Assembly (NCBI GenBank): GCA_973895155.1
Contig: OZ316893.1
Coordinates: forward strand, 124,001 to 188,000
Direction: 5' to 3'
Source of the DNA: Marsupella aquatica
Taxonomy: Eukaryota; Plantae; Marchantiophyta
Length of the DNA stretch: 64,000 bases
Positions 50,601 through 62,050 of this stretch are shown one piece after another; position 1 is the stretch's first letter, and each line of letters starts with the position of its first letter. A model generated the notes under the pieces. That model made no database searches, was not told where the DNA came from, and was given only the letters and a program-made list of their open reading frames with translations. The position numbers and the translations under genes are program-made.

Positions 50601-52149
50601 GACATATATTCGTGTTGTTTCGCGAGTCTAGCGATGAGCAGGTATGTGGAAGACTACCACCGCTTCCTCGTCGATCCATGCTGGAATTGGAAGCTTGCTT
50701 CATCCACTCGGCTAGACATGAAGTTAGCTTCTATAGAGCCAACCGAGTTTGAGTTTTGGGCAGTCGAAGACAGTGAAAGGATTTGCCGAACGTGGACGCT
50801 CCGTTTTGCTGACTGTACCATACTGATTTTCATAGATTCACTCTGGATTTCCAGCCGCAGTTGTATTGGAAGGAAACAGTTATAGAGATGGCGATCTTTG
50901 CTATTGCTTCAGGGAGGAACCCGACTGTCTAGTGGTTAATGAGTTGTTCTATCTGGAAACCACCCGCGGTAGGAGCGGTTTTGTTCTGTATGGCACTCAC
51001 AAGTGGGCAACAGACAAAGTTGATGATTGGAAAAGAATTTCCAACATGCCTAGCAGAGTTTGTGTGCACAGTATGCCTCTTCCCTAATTATACCTAAACA
51101 CCAAGCTGTACAAGAAGTAGTCCGCTGGAGGATATGTCCCACTAAAAGATGGACACCACTGAATGTACTGGAGTCATTCATAATATTTTTTTTTTCATTT
51201 GATTGAAGGGAAAGTTATCACCACATTGTAAATGGAGTGGCGGGTGATTAGGCATGTCATTCCGTGCTCCCCCCCTCCCCTCGGCTTCTAAAAAAATCCC
51301 CGCAGCCTTTTAGTCCGAATGTAGGCTACGCCGATTGGAAGACGGTTTGGTAGAATGCCATGTTTAAACTGTAGTATCGGGTGATTAGGCATGTCATTGT
51401 GCTCTTCCCCCTATTAGTCCGATGTAGCCTATAGTCCGAATGTGGAGAGCCAAATTTGACTGATTGCCGGCACTCCACTAGTCGGCAACCCTCTACAGAG
51501 GAGCCCTATTTCACCTCGGGCTTGCCAATGGGATTCAAATGGATCTCGCACAATTTTTCAAAATGATGTGTCCGAGAAGGAAAGTTCCCTTCAGTAAGTG
51601 GTGCTCTTCCGATAAATATTCTACCAAAGAGTCTTGTAGAAAAGAATCAACTGACCGCGACTTCCGCTCGTTGGTTTATTTTATTCTAAACATTTATCCG
51701 GTAGCGCACCAGAGAGAAATAGCTATGGCAAAAACGCGGAACCTCCAATTTTCTGGCATGGTAGTTAACGGCGACCCGAACTCGCACACGCAGAACTCAG
51801 CACGCAGCGGGTGGTACGTCACAAGTGCGAACACCGCCACCATGAAGGAGAGACCAAGAAGGATTGCTGAAGTTCACCGTGACTGTGCTATGCTGCAGCC
51901 CCGCAGCCTAATCCTCAACAGCGGGAAGACGAGGAGAATCATGAACAACATGCACAATGGGACAGAGAAAATGATGGGTACAAAGCAAATGAAGAGGAGG
52001 AATACAACAATCCTTACGATCAGAATCTGGGTATTGAAGCAGGCCAACACGTAACCAGTGAAGACTTGAGAACTCAACTACAAAACTACAACCGAGCATC
52101 AAACAGTTGGGATGAGATCTGAAACTATCGGGGTAGACCGAAATATCAT

Positions 52150-54150
52150 CGCTAGCAGAATAATTCACCTACAGAAGAGAGGAACCATTCTATGCACTGT
52201 GGACTTCAATCCAACACGCGACTACCTTAAAGATTGGATCTACGATGTTCATCAGCGCTGATATCAGAATCGATATCGAATTCCAGAAACACATTCTGAT
52301 GGAAGATGGTGGTGGCCATGCCCTGGACGCCTGACTTTGACGCTAAGCCGATGAAATCTACCAGGGCTCCTGTTTGGATCGACATGCCGCTGTTCAACCC
52401 TGCTTTTGAATATTATGCTTGCCGAGGTTGGAACTGTGCTATATATGCGCAGACACATAAATCCAGGAGTAAATTCTCTCACATACGAGGATGTGTTTCA
52501 TGTAATATGAAGACCCGATTGAGTACATCAACATTGCGGTGCCAGGAGTGGGATGTAATAATTTACCGTCCTCTCCCGGATGCCTACTTCGGATGCTAAC
52601 AGAGTGGACGTACAGAGAGAGGTCCCAACAAACCGAAGAAAGCACAAAAAGGAAACAGAAGGACAGGGAGGAGATGTCGAGGTAACCAAGGCAGTGTATC
52701 TAGGTAGACAACCGAAGATGCAGATATTCTTAAAGTGGTTACAGGGATGCCAAAAGATAAGTCACCAGGAATCGACGGAGTCACCATCAAGATGCTGCTA
52801 AAGGGATGGTCGTACATGGGTCCTACTTGCTCTGCTGTTGTTCGGGCTTCATTAACACGGGACCATGACAACCAAAGCACTAGCCGGAGTTATTGAACTC
52901 ATACCCAAGAGTCAGGACTTGCTTCAGTTATCAAATTAGCGACCACGCACTATGCTTACCCTCACAGAAGTTGATCATTGCTAACCGGGTGAAACCAATA
53001 GCCAACAGACTAGTAGATCACCAGCAACCCGGTTGGATAATCTCCTTGCTTTTAGCCTGGCGCAAGATCTGGCCACCCATAGCAAACGAAAACTTATCTT
53101 TCTCAAACTCGACTTTATGAAAGCATAGGACTGGGGCAGGGTTTCTTTGGTCAAGGGGCTTGTAACTAGAGCTCATTCCAAGATCCCCCAAGTATCATAT
53201 ATACCACCGAAATATAAAGCCTTTACCACAAGCGGAAGATATTCTGCCCTGATTGACCTGAACGGGGGGCGGGTGGTGTCAGACAGGGATGTCCGCTCTC
53301 CAGCATCCTTTTGACAGTCACCGGTAAACCTCTGATGGCCATGCTCAAACAACAATTGGATGCAAGGGTCATCAATGCATTGCAACTCTGAAATGGGAGT
53401 AGACTTTGCCACCAGGTCTTCGCTGATGACACGGGACTCTTCCTCGAAAACACAGTAGAGGAATTCATTCATTGCTGCTCGTGAGGTGATCCAAAGGTTC
53501 AAGAACATCTCGGGAGCTGTCTTGAGCTGTCTTGAACGTCAAAAAGTCTCAGACCATTCCGATCTACCTGGAGCATGGCATCTATCCTGACTGGCTCAAG
53601 GCAACGGGATGCAAAATTGCTAAAGAGGCAGAGATATGTATTTACCTTGGAGATGTAGGACTTGACCTTCACAAGATGCAAATTTCGTTCTGGACAAGTT
53701 AAGGAAGAGTCTCCACACATGGGCGAACAGCAGCCTCATGTTTGCTGGTAGGGCGATCATGCTAAAACACATTCTCAAGGCTATCCCAACTTACCACCTT
53801 ATGGTGCTGGCACTCTTTATCAAAGGGCTTTTGACGAACTGGAAACAGGTCTCTTTGGGGGCGAACACACAAACACAGGAGAATTCCAGAAACCACTGAT
53901 CGCATGGAGAGAAAAAGGATGAAGGAGGTCTTTAAGAAACAGGCTGAAGCACTTAAAATGAGACATCTCACAAGGGTGATTGACGGAAAAAACAAAGAAT
54001 GGATCTGGATGGCCTACCTACGAGATCATTTCCAAGTGTCTTAAAAATGGAATCCATCAAAAGGAGGACAGACAATTGGTGTTGCTCTGAAGCACATTTT
54101 CATTGAAAAATGCTTCTGATTGCTCCACTAGCGCTACCAAACCAGCAATT
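52150..54150 (+). mobile_element. Degenerate L1 LINE (ORF1 DUF4283-like and RT remnants)
   Basis: Broken frames give PWTPDF..PVWIDMP, KSPGIDG, ANRVKP, KLDFMKA, QGCPLS, FADDT and AGRAIMLKHILKAIPTY. Confidence 0.85.
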
Positions 54151-54253
54151 TAATAGGATCTCTTGTTCGATGTCATCCATCATTTCTTCATCGCTAGAAA
54201 TTGCAGAATGTTCACAAATTGCATAGAGAGAGCAGAGTACCAGGAAACCATCC

Positions 54254-54844
54254 TCACCCCCCCGCCACAGACCTACAGCCCCAATGGCTCCACTCGGTAC
54301 TCATCCGTGACTTGCAAAGATTCTCTGCAAAGTTGGCTTCATGAGTAAAAAACACTACACCGAACCTCGAGCCGGACATGATCCTTGATATTGAGGGTTG
54401 CAGAACGGCCGACCGCATAAACACCACATCTCCAGGTTGTAATCCAAATTGTAAACCAAGTTGTGGCACTTCCAAACGTCCACCCTCAAAATCACCAAAC
54501 GCTACATTTGCAACCCAGCCATCCACAACGTCATTTGCATCTCTGTGCGGACCAGGAGCGAGTTGTGTATTTTTTGCCATCCCTAAGAAACAATTTCGGG
54601 AAGTGGAATGCATATAACTGGCTGCTCCACGAGCGAAAGCATCAAATACTGCCTTATATGTTTCGTACATGTCACTGTCGATGCATTCAAAGAGCGTTCC
54701 GATCGCCTGTGTCACCGGCGCGAACTTGTTTATGAACTCTAGGATCCAATTCATGAACTCTAGGATCCAATTCAACTTCTTCCCGGATCCAATGATGTGC
54801 TGCGACAAAACCCCTGGGACATGTTTGTGACCGGTGCCATGCAA
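54254..54844 (-). pseudogene. TET/JBP-like 2OG-Fe(II) dioxygenase domain, probably inactive
   Basis: PHRDAND (HxD), FGDFEGGRLEVPQLG, QPGDVVFMRS and GSRFGVVFFTH. The expected distal His is CCC (Pro) at 54395-54397. Confidence 0.7.
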
Positions 54845-55249
54845 AAATGCCAGAGGGTGTACACCCGGGCCAAGGGGAATAGCTTCTCATGTTTAACGAT
54901 CTCCTTTGGCTCTTGTGATTCTCGTTACCTCTCAAAGCATCTTAAAAGTACTCATCGTGAACATGCATCCAGCACGAGGCCCATTTGCACATTCACCTAA
55001 TTGTCTTGTTTAGGGAGTTATTACCAATCTTCTACTGTGCGCTATTGACGCAAAAATACCAATGCAATGAAAGATGGTGGGGAAGAAGTGGAAAAACGCT
55101 TCACAAAAGGACGTTACAAATAATTGTGATGCAGGCCATGGGGTCGTTCTGCTGCAACGGCCGGAGGCTCGGGCTGCGAAGAAGGGCCATGCCCAATTGT
55201 CAATGCTCTACAAGGATCCGTCACACCGCCGGTATAACAGTGGGGATTC

Positions 55250-55975
55250 GAGGGTTTAGGGTTTTAGGGTTTTCAGTTTAGGGTTTAGGACGGTGGGCAA
55301 CAACGATGAAAACGTGGCACGAAACAGAGGGTGCGCAGCAGGTGGTTTGCCCCAAAGTCTAAGCCGGCTGAAACACAGCCATTTACGGTCCATTTTGTCA
55401 CCGGAAAACCCATAGGACATGGATCTTGGTAGTGAACCCGAACAGGACTACAGTAGTCATCAACCAAGGCTATGCACGGGAGTTGTGTAGGGCGGGTTGG
55501 ACATTCCGCAGTCCAGCAAGGATGGATGTCCGGAACAACAAGTATGATGATAAGCATCAATTGGACTAGGCCATTGGTTTAGTATGAGGATGGTGGCGAG
55601 TTTCAGAATTTCTTGATGGACCCCCATGGCAAGCTCCTTCTTTCGCGGACCCCCATCATGTTTAATGCAACGCAAGGTAAAACAGCTATACCCAACCCTA
55701 ATCCAGCTAAACTAGTCGTAAAACGACCGAAATTCATCCCTTACTTGACTAATGGTAATCAGAAACCTAAAAAAAATGAAAACATGAGGGAAAATGAAAA
55801 CCCTAAACCCTTGGGACTTGATGTTACCCTAAACCCTAAATCCACCAACGAGAGGCTCATTGAGAGAGAGAGACGAGTGGGAAAGTTGAAATCAATCTAT
55901 AAACCCTAAACCCTCAACACTACTATGCTTTCAAATAAGGGTACACTGATTCGGAAAACCCTAAACCCTAAACAC
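55250..55975. repeat. Interstitial telomere-like tracts (TTTAGGG at 55250-55290; CCCTAAA at 55780-55975)
   Basis: Seen directly. Similar short tracts occur at 651-669 and 62575-62600. Confidence 0.7.
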
Positions 55976-56935
55976 TTCATTGAAATGCTAGGCTCATTGA
56001 AAAACCTCCATCAAAAAGCTTCTCGAGCAATTATAAGCATGAAAGGTTTTATCAAGGGATGAGATGGAAATTTGAGATCAATCTCGTCGATGGTTTCCAG
56101 ATAGACATATATAGGGTATATAGGTAGGGACACTATTTGGCTTTCTTGTCTCATTAAATTGAAATGTATTTTTATGTTAATCAGGCCTAGTCCATGCTTT
56201 AGTCATGTACTGTTTGGAATTTAGTCACTTAAATTTTTTTCATTTCCTAGTTTTTATCAGGTCCCCTATATTTTACTTATCATTTTGAGGGGCATATTCC
56301 TTACTTGCATGAGAAGGTTCGACCCTTCAACCAAGCAACTAGTGTTCTATTTACTGATGAGCGCACCTTATATGCCCATTGGATATAAAATTTACATTGA
56401 TCATGGTTTATTCATCAATAGGTATCACGAAAATAGAGAGCCCGAATTTGAGCAGAAAACTAGAAAAGCACACAGTTCAAGCCCTTCTCTTTGAATCATA
56501 AAGTGCCTAAAGTATTGTACCTTTCTCACTTTTGAAGAGTTGTGTAGTTTTTTCATTAACTTTGTGATGCCTAGACAGGAATCACTCGGCCGGTTAAGTG
56601 GGTAAAGCAGGAAGGCACCCTAGGAACACCTTAGTATAGTGACAAAACAAGGAAAATATAAACAATTAGGGGCAACCATGGAACCCGGGCCGAGGCCGGA
56701 GGTAAGGCTAAGGGTGAAAACCCGATTAGGGTTAGGGCGCGTTAAGCGTCGGCGGCTAGGAAGGATCAACGGGAAGAAGGACCGGCAAAGGAGAGGGGTA
56801 AGGAGCGCTTGCAGGAGATAGTGGCTCATTTGCGAGCACGAACTAGGCAGACGACTACGGGAGGCCAACTACTGTCAGCTGCTTAGGCAAGCACTCGGGG
56901 AGAGAGTAGATACCGACGATCAACCTAAGGAGGGT

Positions 56936-59900
56936 ATGAGCAACGTCAATCAAGCGGCACATTTCTGGGGATGCCTGTTCGAACGGGCAACTGAGTACAT
57001 CAAGACTTACGAGGACGAGGAATCAGAAAGGGCAGCTCGAGAACGGCAGGAGCTCGCTCGATTGTGGGAGCTGCAGAAGACGGCTTTCTTAGGAGGCGAA
57101 CTCATCAAGGACGAGTTCCTGTGGACGCCTACTTCCAATCAACTCGACGATCTTCTGTTTTGCAAAGACAGCGTCGTTGGCATCCGAGAGGCCATCAAGA
57201 ACTGCAACGACATACACTGGGAATTAAAGGGTAGCACGGAAAGGTGGACCCAGGCAACGGTGCTAGGAGAAACCTCCACGGCAGCAGAGATGAAGAGGAA
57301 GGGAGCCGTCAACGATGAAGCCACCCCGGCAAAAAGAACGAGGTCGGCGGCACCAAAGAAGCCAGCCGAGCAGCAGAGCAGGAGGCAGGGAGAAGCCGAA
57401 GAGGAGGAGGTCGATCCCATCAAGGCCATTCCAACCAGGGATGACACCTGGAAGGGCTGGGCGGCAACCCTACCGGTGGAGGTGCAACTACATTTTGCAC
57501 GGGAGGAGGATGCATGCTTTACGGCCATGCAGACCAAGAAGTACCAAGGCTTCATGGCCGGATCCGGCTTGGAGGCCTTTGTAAGATTACCATGGCTGAA
57601 GCTGGAGGTACCGGAGTCAGACCTTTTAGAATTCGTGGGGTCATGGGAACCTGAGACCAATTGCACGAGGATATATGGGAAGGATTTCTATCTTACTCCC
57701 AAGGTAATTGCCGAAGTGTTTGGCCTGCCGATAGGCAATAAGACCAAAGTTGATACCAGGAAGACCTTGCCTGACAAGGAGTTCCGGTCGTTCCCCGGGC
57801 CATCAACGAAGAATGGCTTCTTCCGGAACACCTGCACCAACCCGCACATAGGAGAGATGATCGACTTCTTGCGGGTGACCATGCATTATAACTTGCCGAG
57901 GGCAGAGATCGGCAAGGCACAGGTCTATCTGGCAGAAAGGCCAGACCCAAGCCGGGACTACAACGGGTACCTCCTCAACCAATTGAAGAAGATCTTAAAG
58001 GAGGAGCAGCAGGTAATCGGCATGGGGAGCGTGTCGCAGCTTGGCTATCACATGCCGCTGTTGTGCCGGTATGCCAGAGGTCAGACTTTTGCCCCGGTAC
58101 TTCCCCTACAGGTAAGGGCACCCGAGGAAGCTCCAACGCCGAGGCCGTTGGCTGAGAAGCCTCAACCACCTGTTAGTCCTACGATCGAGCAGGTGTTTAG
58201 GCCCAGGAAGGAGGACTTGCCGATGCAGCAACCAGGCATGCAGAGTCTGCTGAAACTACTGGAGAAAGAAAAGAAATCGGCATCGGCAACAACAACGGCA
58301 ATGGCAACAATGCAGGACACTACTACAGAGGTAGGCCTACACCGGCTCACAAGAGAAAACCCCTTTGCTGGAGACAAGGAGAGAATCAGGCCGGAATCCA
58401 AGCCAGGTGTTTGAATGTACGTGGGAACCTCAAGCTCCGAATCTGAGGCAGAATTGCCTGAAGCTCCTACCGACGAAGAGGAGAGGGAGAAGCCGGACGT
58501 CCAAGAGGTAGAGGAGGCAGTGGAGGACTGCAGCCATGATAATTCCGGCTATGGGTCGGACCATCACGTTCCAGGAGTAAGGACCTGTGGCCGGTTTGTC
58601 CCCACACTTCCAAGGGTAGTGCGAGGGGACCCCAACCAGCAGAGTAGCCCTGAGTCTCCCCCACCAGATGTTGCTCCCCCGAGCTTCGACGGCATAAAAC
58701 AGACGGTGCAGGAATTTCAGGAGCGAATCAAGCAGGAGGAGGAGGCCGCCCTGGCTAAGGAAAAGGATTTACCAGGAGGAGATTGGCCGGAGGACATCAG
58801 GCGGCTAGCCGAAAAAGGAAGCAAACCTCTAGCCATGATTGAAGAGATCCGCAGGACGGCTTGGGAGCAGAGGCCACGATGGGCGATGCCGATCACTTCT
58901 ACTTACTCCACCTACGCTAAGAATAGAGCCATGGAGTATGGTGAGATGTGTGGGGAACTTGCGCTCGGCATCTTTGGAGAGGAGTTGGAGGTAGGACCCT
59001 TTTTCCATAGGGAGCAGTTGGAGAAGCACCAATTAGAAGAAGCGGTGGCTTTAGAGAGAAGCAAGAAGGACGAGGTCATTCGGCGGCTTAGGAGGATGGA
59101 AGCCGAGATTGAAGATCTAAGGGCGGCCAAGAAAGCCCAAGATGAACTGCGGATTAAACGACATGAGCTGAACATCATGCAGGGGCAGTTGGACACCGCG
59201 CAGGCTGATAATCAGAATATCAAGGATAAACTGACTCAGACGCAGGAAGAGTTGGCCGACACGATCAAAGAGAGGGAGAAGTGGAAGCAAGAGCTGAAGA
59301 ATACAGAGGAGGCCCACATAACAGCCAACAGCCGGGCCATGGCGGAGACCCAAAGAAAGGAATGGGCGTTGAAAGGGGAGCTCGAGAAAATCCGCGGAGC
59401 CCTTGAGCAGAAGGAGGCCGAGTTAGGGAAATCCTATCAAGGGATTATGGCGCTGCAGCAGGAGCTTGCGTCCCTGACGGCCAGCTTCAAGGCCGACCTA
59501 AGGGAGAAGGACGAGATGCTCGAATAGACTTACGCCAAGATGAACCAGATGGAGTCTGTCATCATTGCAGAGCTCGACAAGGAGCTAAGAGCAACCCGGG
59601 AGGAGAGGGCTACCTTGAAGAAGGAATTGGAGGAAGCCCACAGGGAGCAGGAGGAGGCCAAAAACGAGCTGGAGGGGGCACGTAAGGACTTGGATGAAAC
59701 CCAAGAGGAGTTGGAGGAAATCACGAGGAAGATGGAGAACCTACAGCGGCGGGCCGACAACCAAACAGAGCGGCTGAAGAAACAAGCCGCAGTATTTAAA
59801 TGCTTAGCTGCAGTAGGTCCATCTCCCGTTGGGACAAACCAGTTACCAGGGGTGGTAATTGCCGAAGGACAAGCCGCGCCACCTGCACCAGTGCCGGAAG

Positions 59901-60205
59901 TAAGTGGGAAGGGGAAGGGACCAGCTGCCGAGCCACCAACGAAGAAGAAGCAGAAACCTTCAGGGTCAAGGAGTAATACGACTTCACAGGCCGTGGTGAT
60001 CAAGGAGGTAGACCCAGCACCGACCCCAGACAGGGTCACGGCTAAGGATCCAACTACCCTAGGGGAAGGGGAGGCCGAAGCCGAGGGAGTGGCTGAAGCC
60101 GAAGCCGTGGGAGTGGCTGAGGCCGAAGCCGTGGGTATTGCCGAGGCCGGTGTCGAGGCTGAAGCCGAAGGTGGACTCGGTCAAGGGCAGGTAATCTGTC
60201 AGTAG
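56936..60205 (+). pseudogene. ~1,090-codon TE-associated ORF (Transposase_32/mobile-domain-like plus long coiled coil) with two in-frame stops
   Basis: Three listed ORFs share one frame, separated by TGA 58412-14 and TAG 59525-27. It contains GLEAFVRLPW..LLEFV..IYGK.FYLTPKVIAEVFGLP and long heptad repeats. Confidence 0.65.
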
Positions 60206-61241
60206 GCGGGCCAACGGCAGTGGCTGAGGAGGAAGTGTTGGGGGCGTCCATTGAGGATCCACCACCGGTGTCGTGACGGTGCAAGGGCGCCGTTCCTTTT
60301 AGGGAGGGCGGACGTGGAGGGAGGAGGCGTGAGTGGGCAGGGCGGGCGCGGATCTCCACGTTTAGGATTAGGATTAGAACTAGGAGCGGCCCTGACACTT
60401 AGCTTAGTGGGATTGCGGTTCCACTGGTAGGAGCAACACTTGTGCTCCTGCCTTACTGTACATAGGTAGATTCGGGCAAGTAGATTACTGTCAGGTAGAT
60501 TAGGCTTACGATGCAAAGAATGGCGGATCCACTACCAGGATAAGTACCTGGGCAGCGGGGAGCTCAGGGCCTCTTCTTTAGCAAGTTTTTAGTTTGCACC
60601 AGCCGGGCTGGGATCAAGTAGTACGAGAAGCTCTCGGTTAGTCATACAGTGACCCTTGTGTATATTCATGTTTCCTCATGCCTAAGAGCTGAATAGAGTT
60701 GGCCTCACGGCTTAGTTCGCAGAACTTGTGTATGAGATGTACTGTTTGTATGGCAAGTGCATGGTATGACTCAGTCAGAATGAGTCATTTTGCTATTTGT
60801 GTGTCGCATTAACTTGTGTGAAGAGTGCCCACATCAACAGAAGGAAGGAAAGTAAGCAGGGGAGTGAGAGTTGGATGTGTCGAGCTGAGAGAGGTCTTAG
60901 CGGCTTAACCAAGCCTATTGGGGATCATTCCGGCGGCGGAATCCAAACATACCTAACAAGACGGAGGGGAAGACAGGGGAAGACAGGGGAAGGCCTATAT
61001 TAGGCCGGCTACGTATCTCATGACCCGATGAAGGATCTGTCCAGTATATGTGTGTAAAATGTTAATAGTAGTAGTAGAAGGTTAGCAGCGTCCCATGCCG
61101 CTAAGCCGCGGAAACGGCCTCGCCAAGCACGAAACCTGCGGGAATCGGCTTGAGCTGGGGGGTTTCTTGGGTTTAGGGAGCCATGGGACGCACCACAAAC
61201 TTTCATTCTTTCTTTCTTTCATTCGTTTTTTTCATAAACTA

Positions 61242-62050
61242 CACTCTTTACAGTAATTAGACTCACACTCTAATTAATGTGAGGTTAGATTTGAGGTAAG
61301 TGACGGTAATTAGGGTGTGTGACACTATGGTATGACTATAATTGTGGTCACAAGCAAAATAAGTTCAAAAAATATAGAATGGACAATAATGAGAGTGTGC
61401 TTATAAAAAATTAAAAACTGTGCATTATATTTGATTACAGTTAACAAAATTTACTACTCAGACAAACATTGGGAAAACATTGAGAAGTGGGTTCAGCTGG
61501 CTCTTCACCTGGTTCACCAACTTCAGGAGCAACTTCAACATTAGCATCAATGTCAAGGTCATCTCGACTCCCTTCAAAATTCACTCGATACTTTGCTATG
61601 ATATTCTGAAGCTCAGGTGTAAGTTGACACAGAGACAAATCGGTGCTCATCATTGAATTTTGTGCATAAGACATGCCATCTCTGTCAACAAAATTGTTCA
61701 CCTCAGCTACAGAGTCCCTTGCCACCCTTGCCAATGGCAATGGCAAAAACCAATCTTTGCTTGGCTTTATCAATTTCCCAGATGTGACCCTTGTCCCAAT
61801 CCCCACATTTTTGGGGTCTTCATTTATCAATTAGCATTTAGCAGCGAGGATAAGCCAAAGGAGATGCAGATTAATTACTAGTTTTATTTTGACATAGTTG
61901 ATTCTCTTTCCCTTGCTCTAGCAAATCCAGCTATGATGGCGAATCCATTCCCGCCAGGTTTATCAATCTGTCAAAATCCTTTCACAAAGACTGACACGCC
62001 AAAACACAAAGACACTTTCTAAGAACATAAACACAAAGAGATGTCGTTGG
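61242..62050. mobile_element. Truncated second copy of the CACTC-TIR element
   Basis: It starts TA|CACTCTTTACAGTAATTAG and is colinear with 44794-46300 without the Helitron. I found no right TIR. Confidence 0.8.

Noticed and set aside
10926-59527. Variant genetic code or general stop readthrough
   Set aside because: C>T decay explains the stops, frameshifts also occur, and TAG/TGA serve as normal ends of pol and other ORFs.
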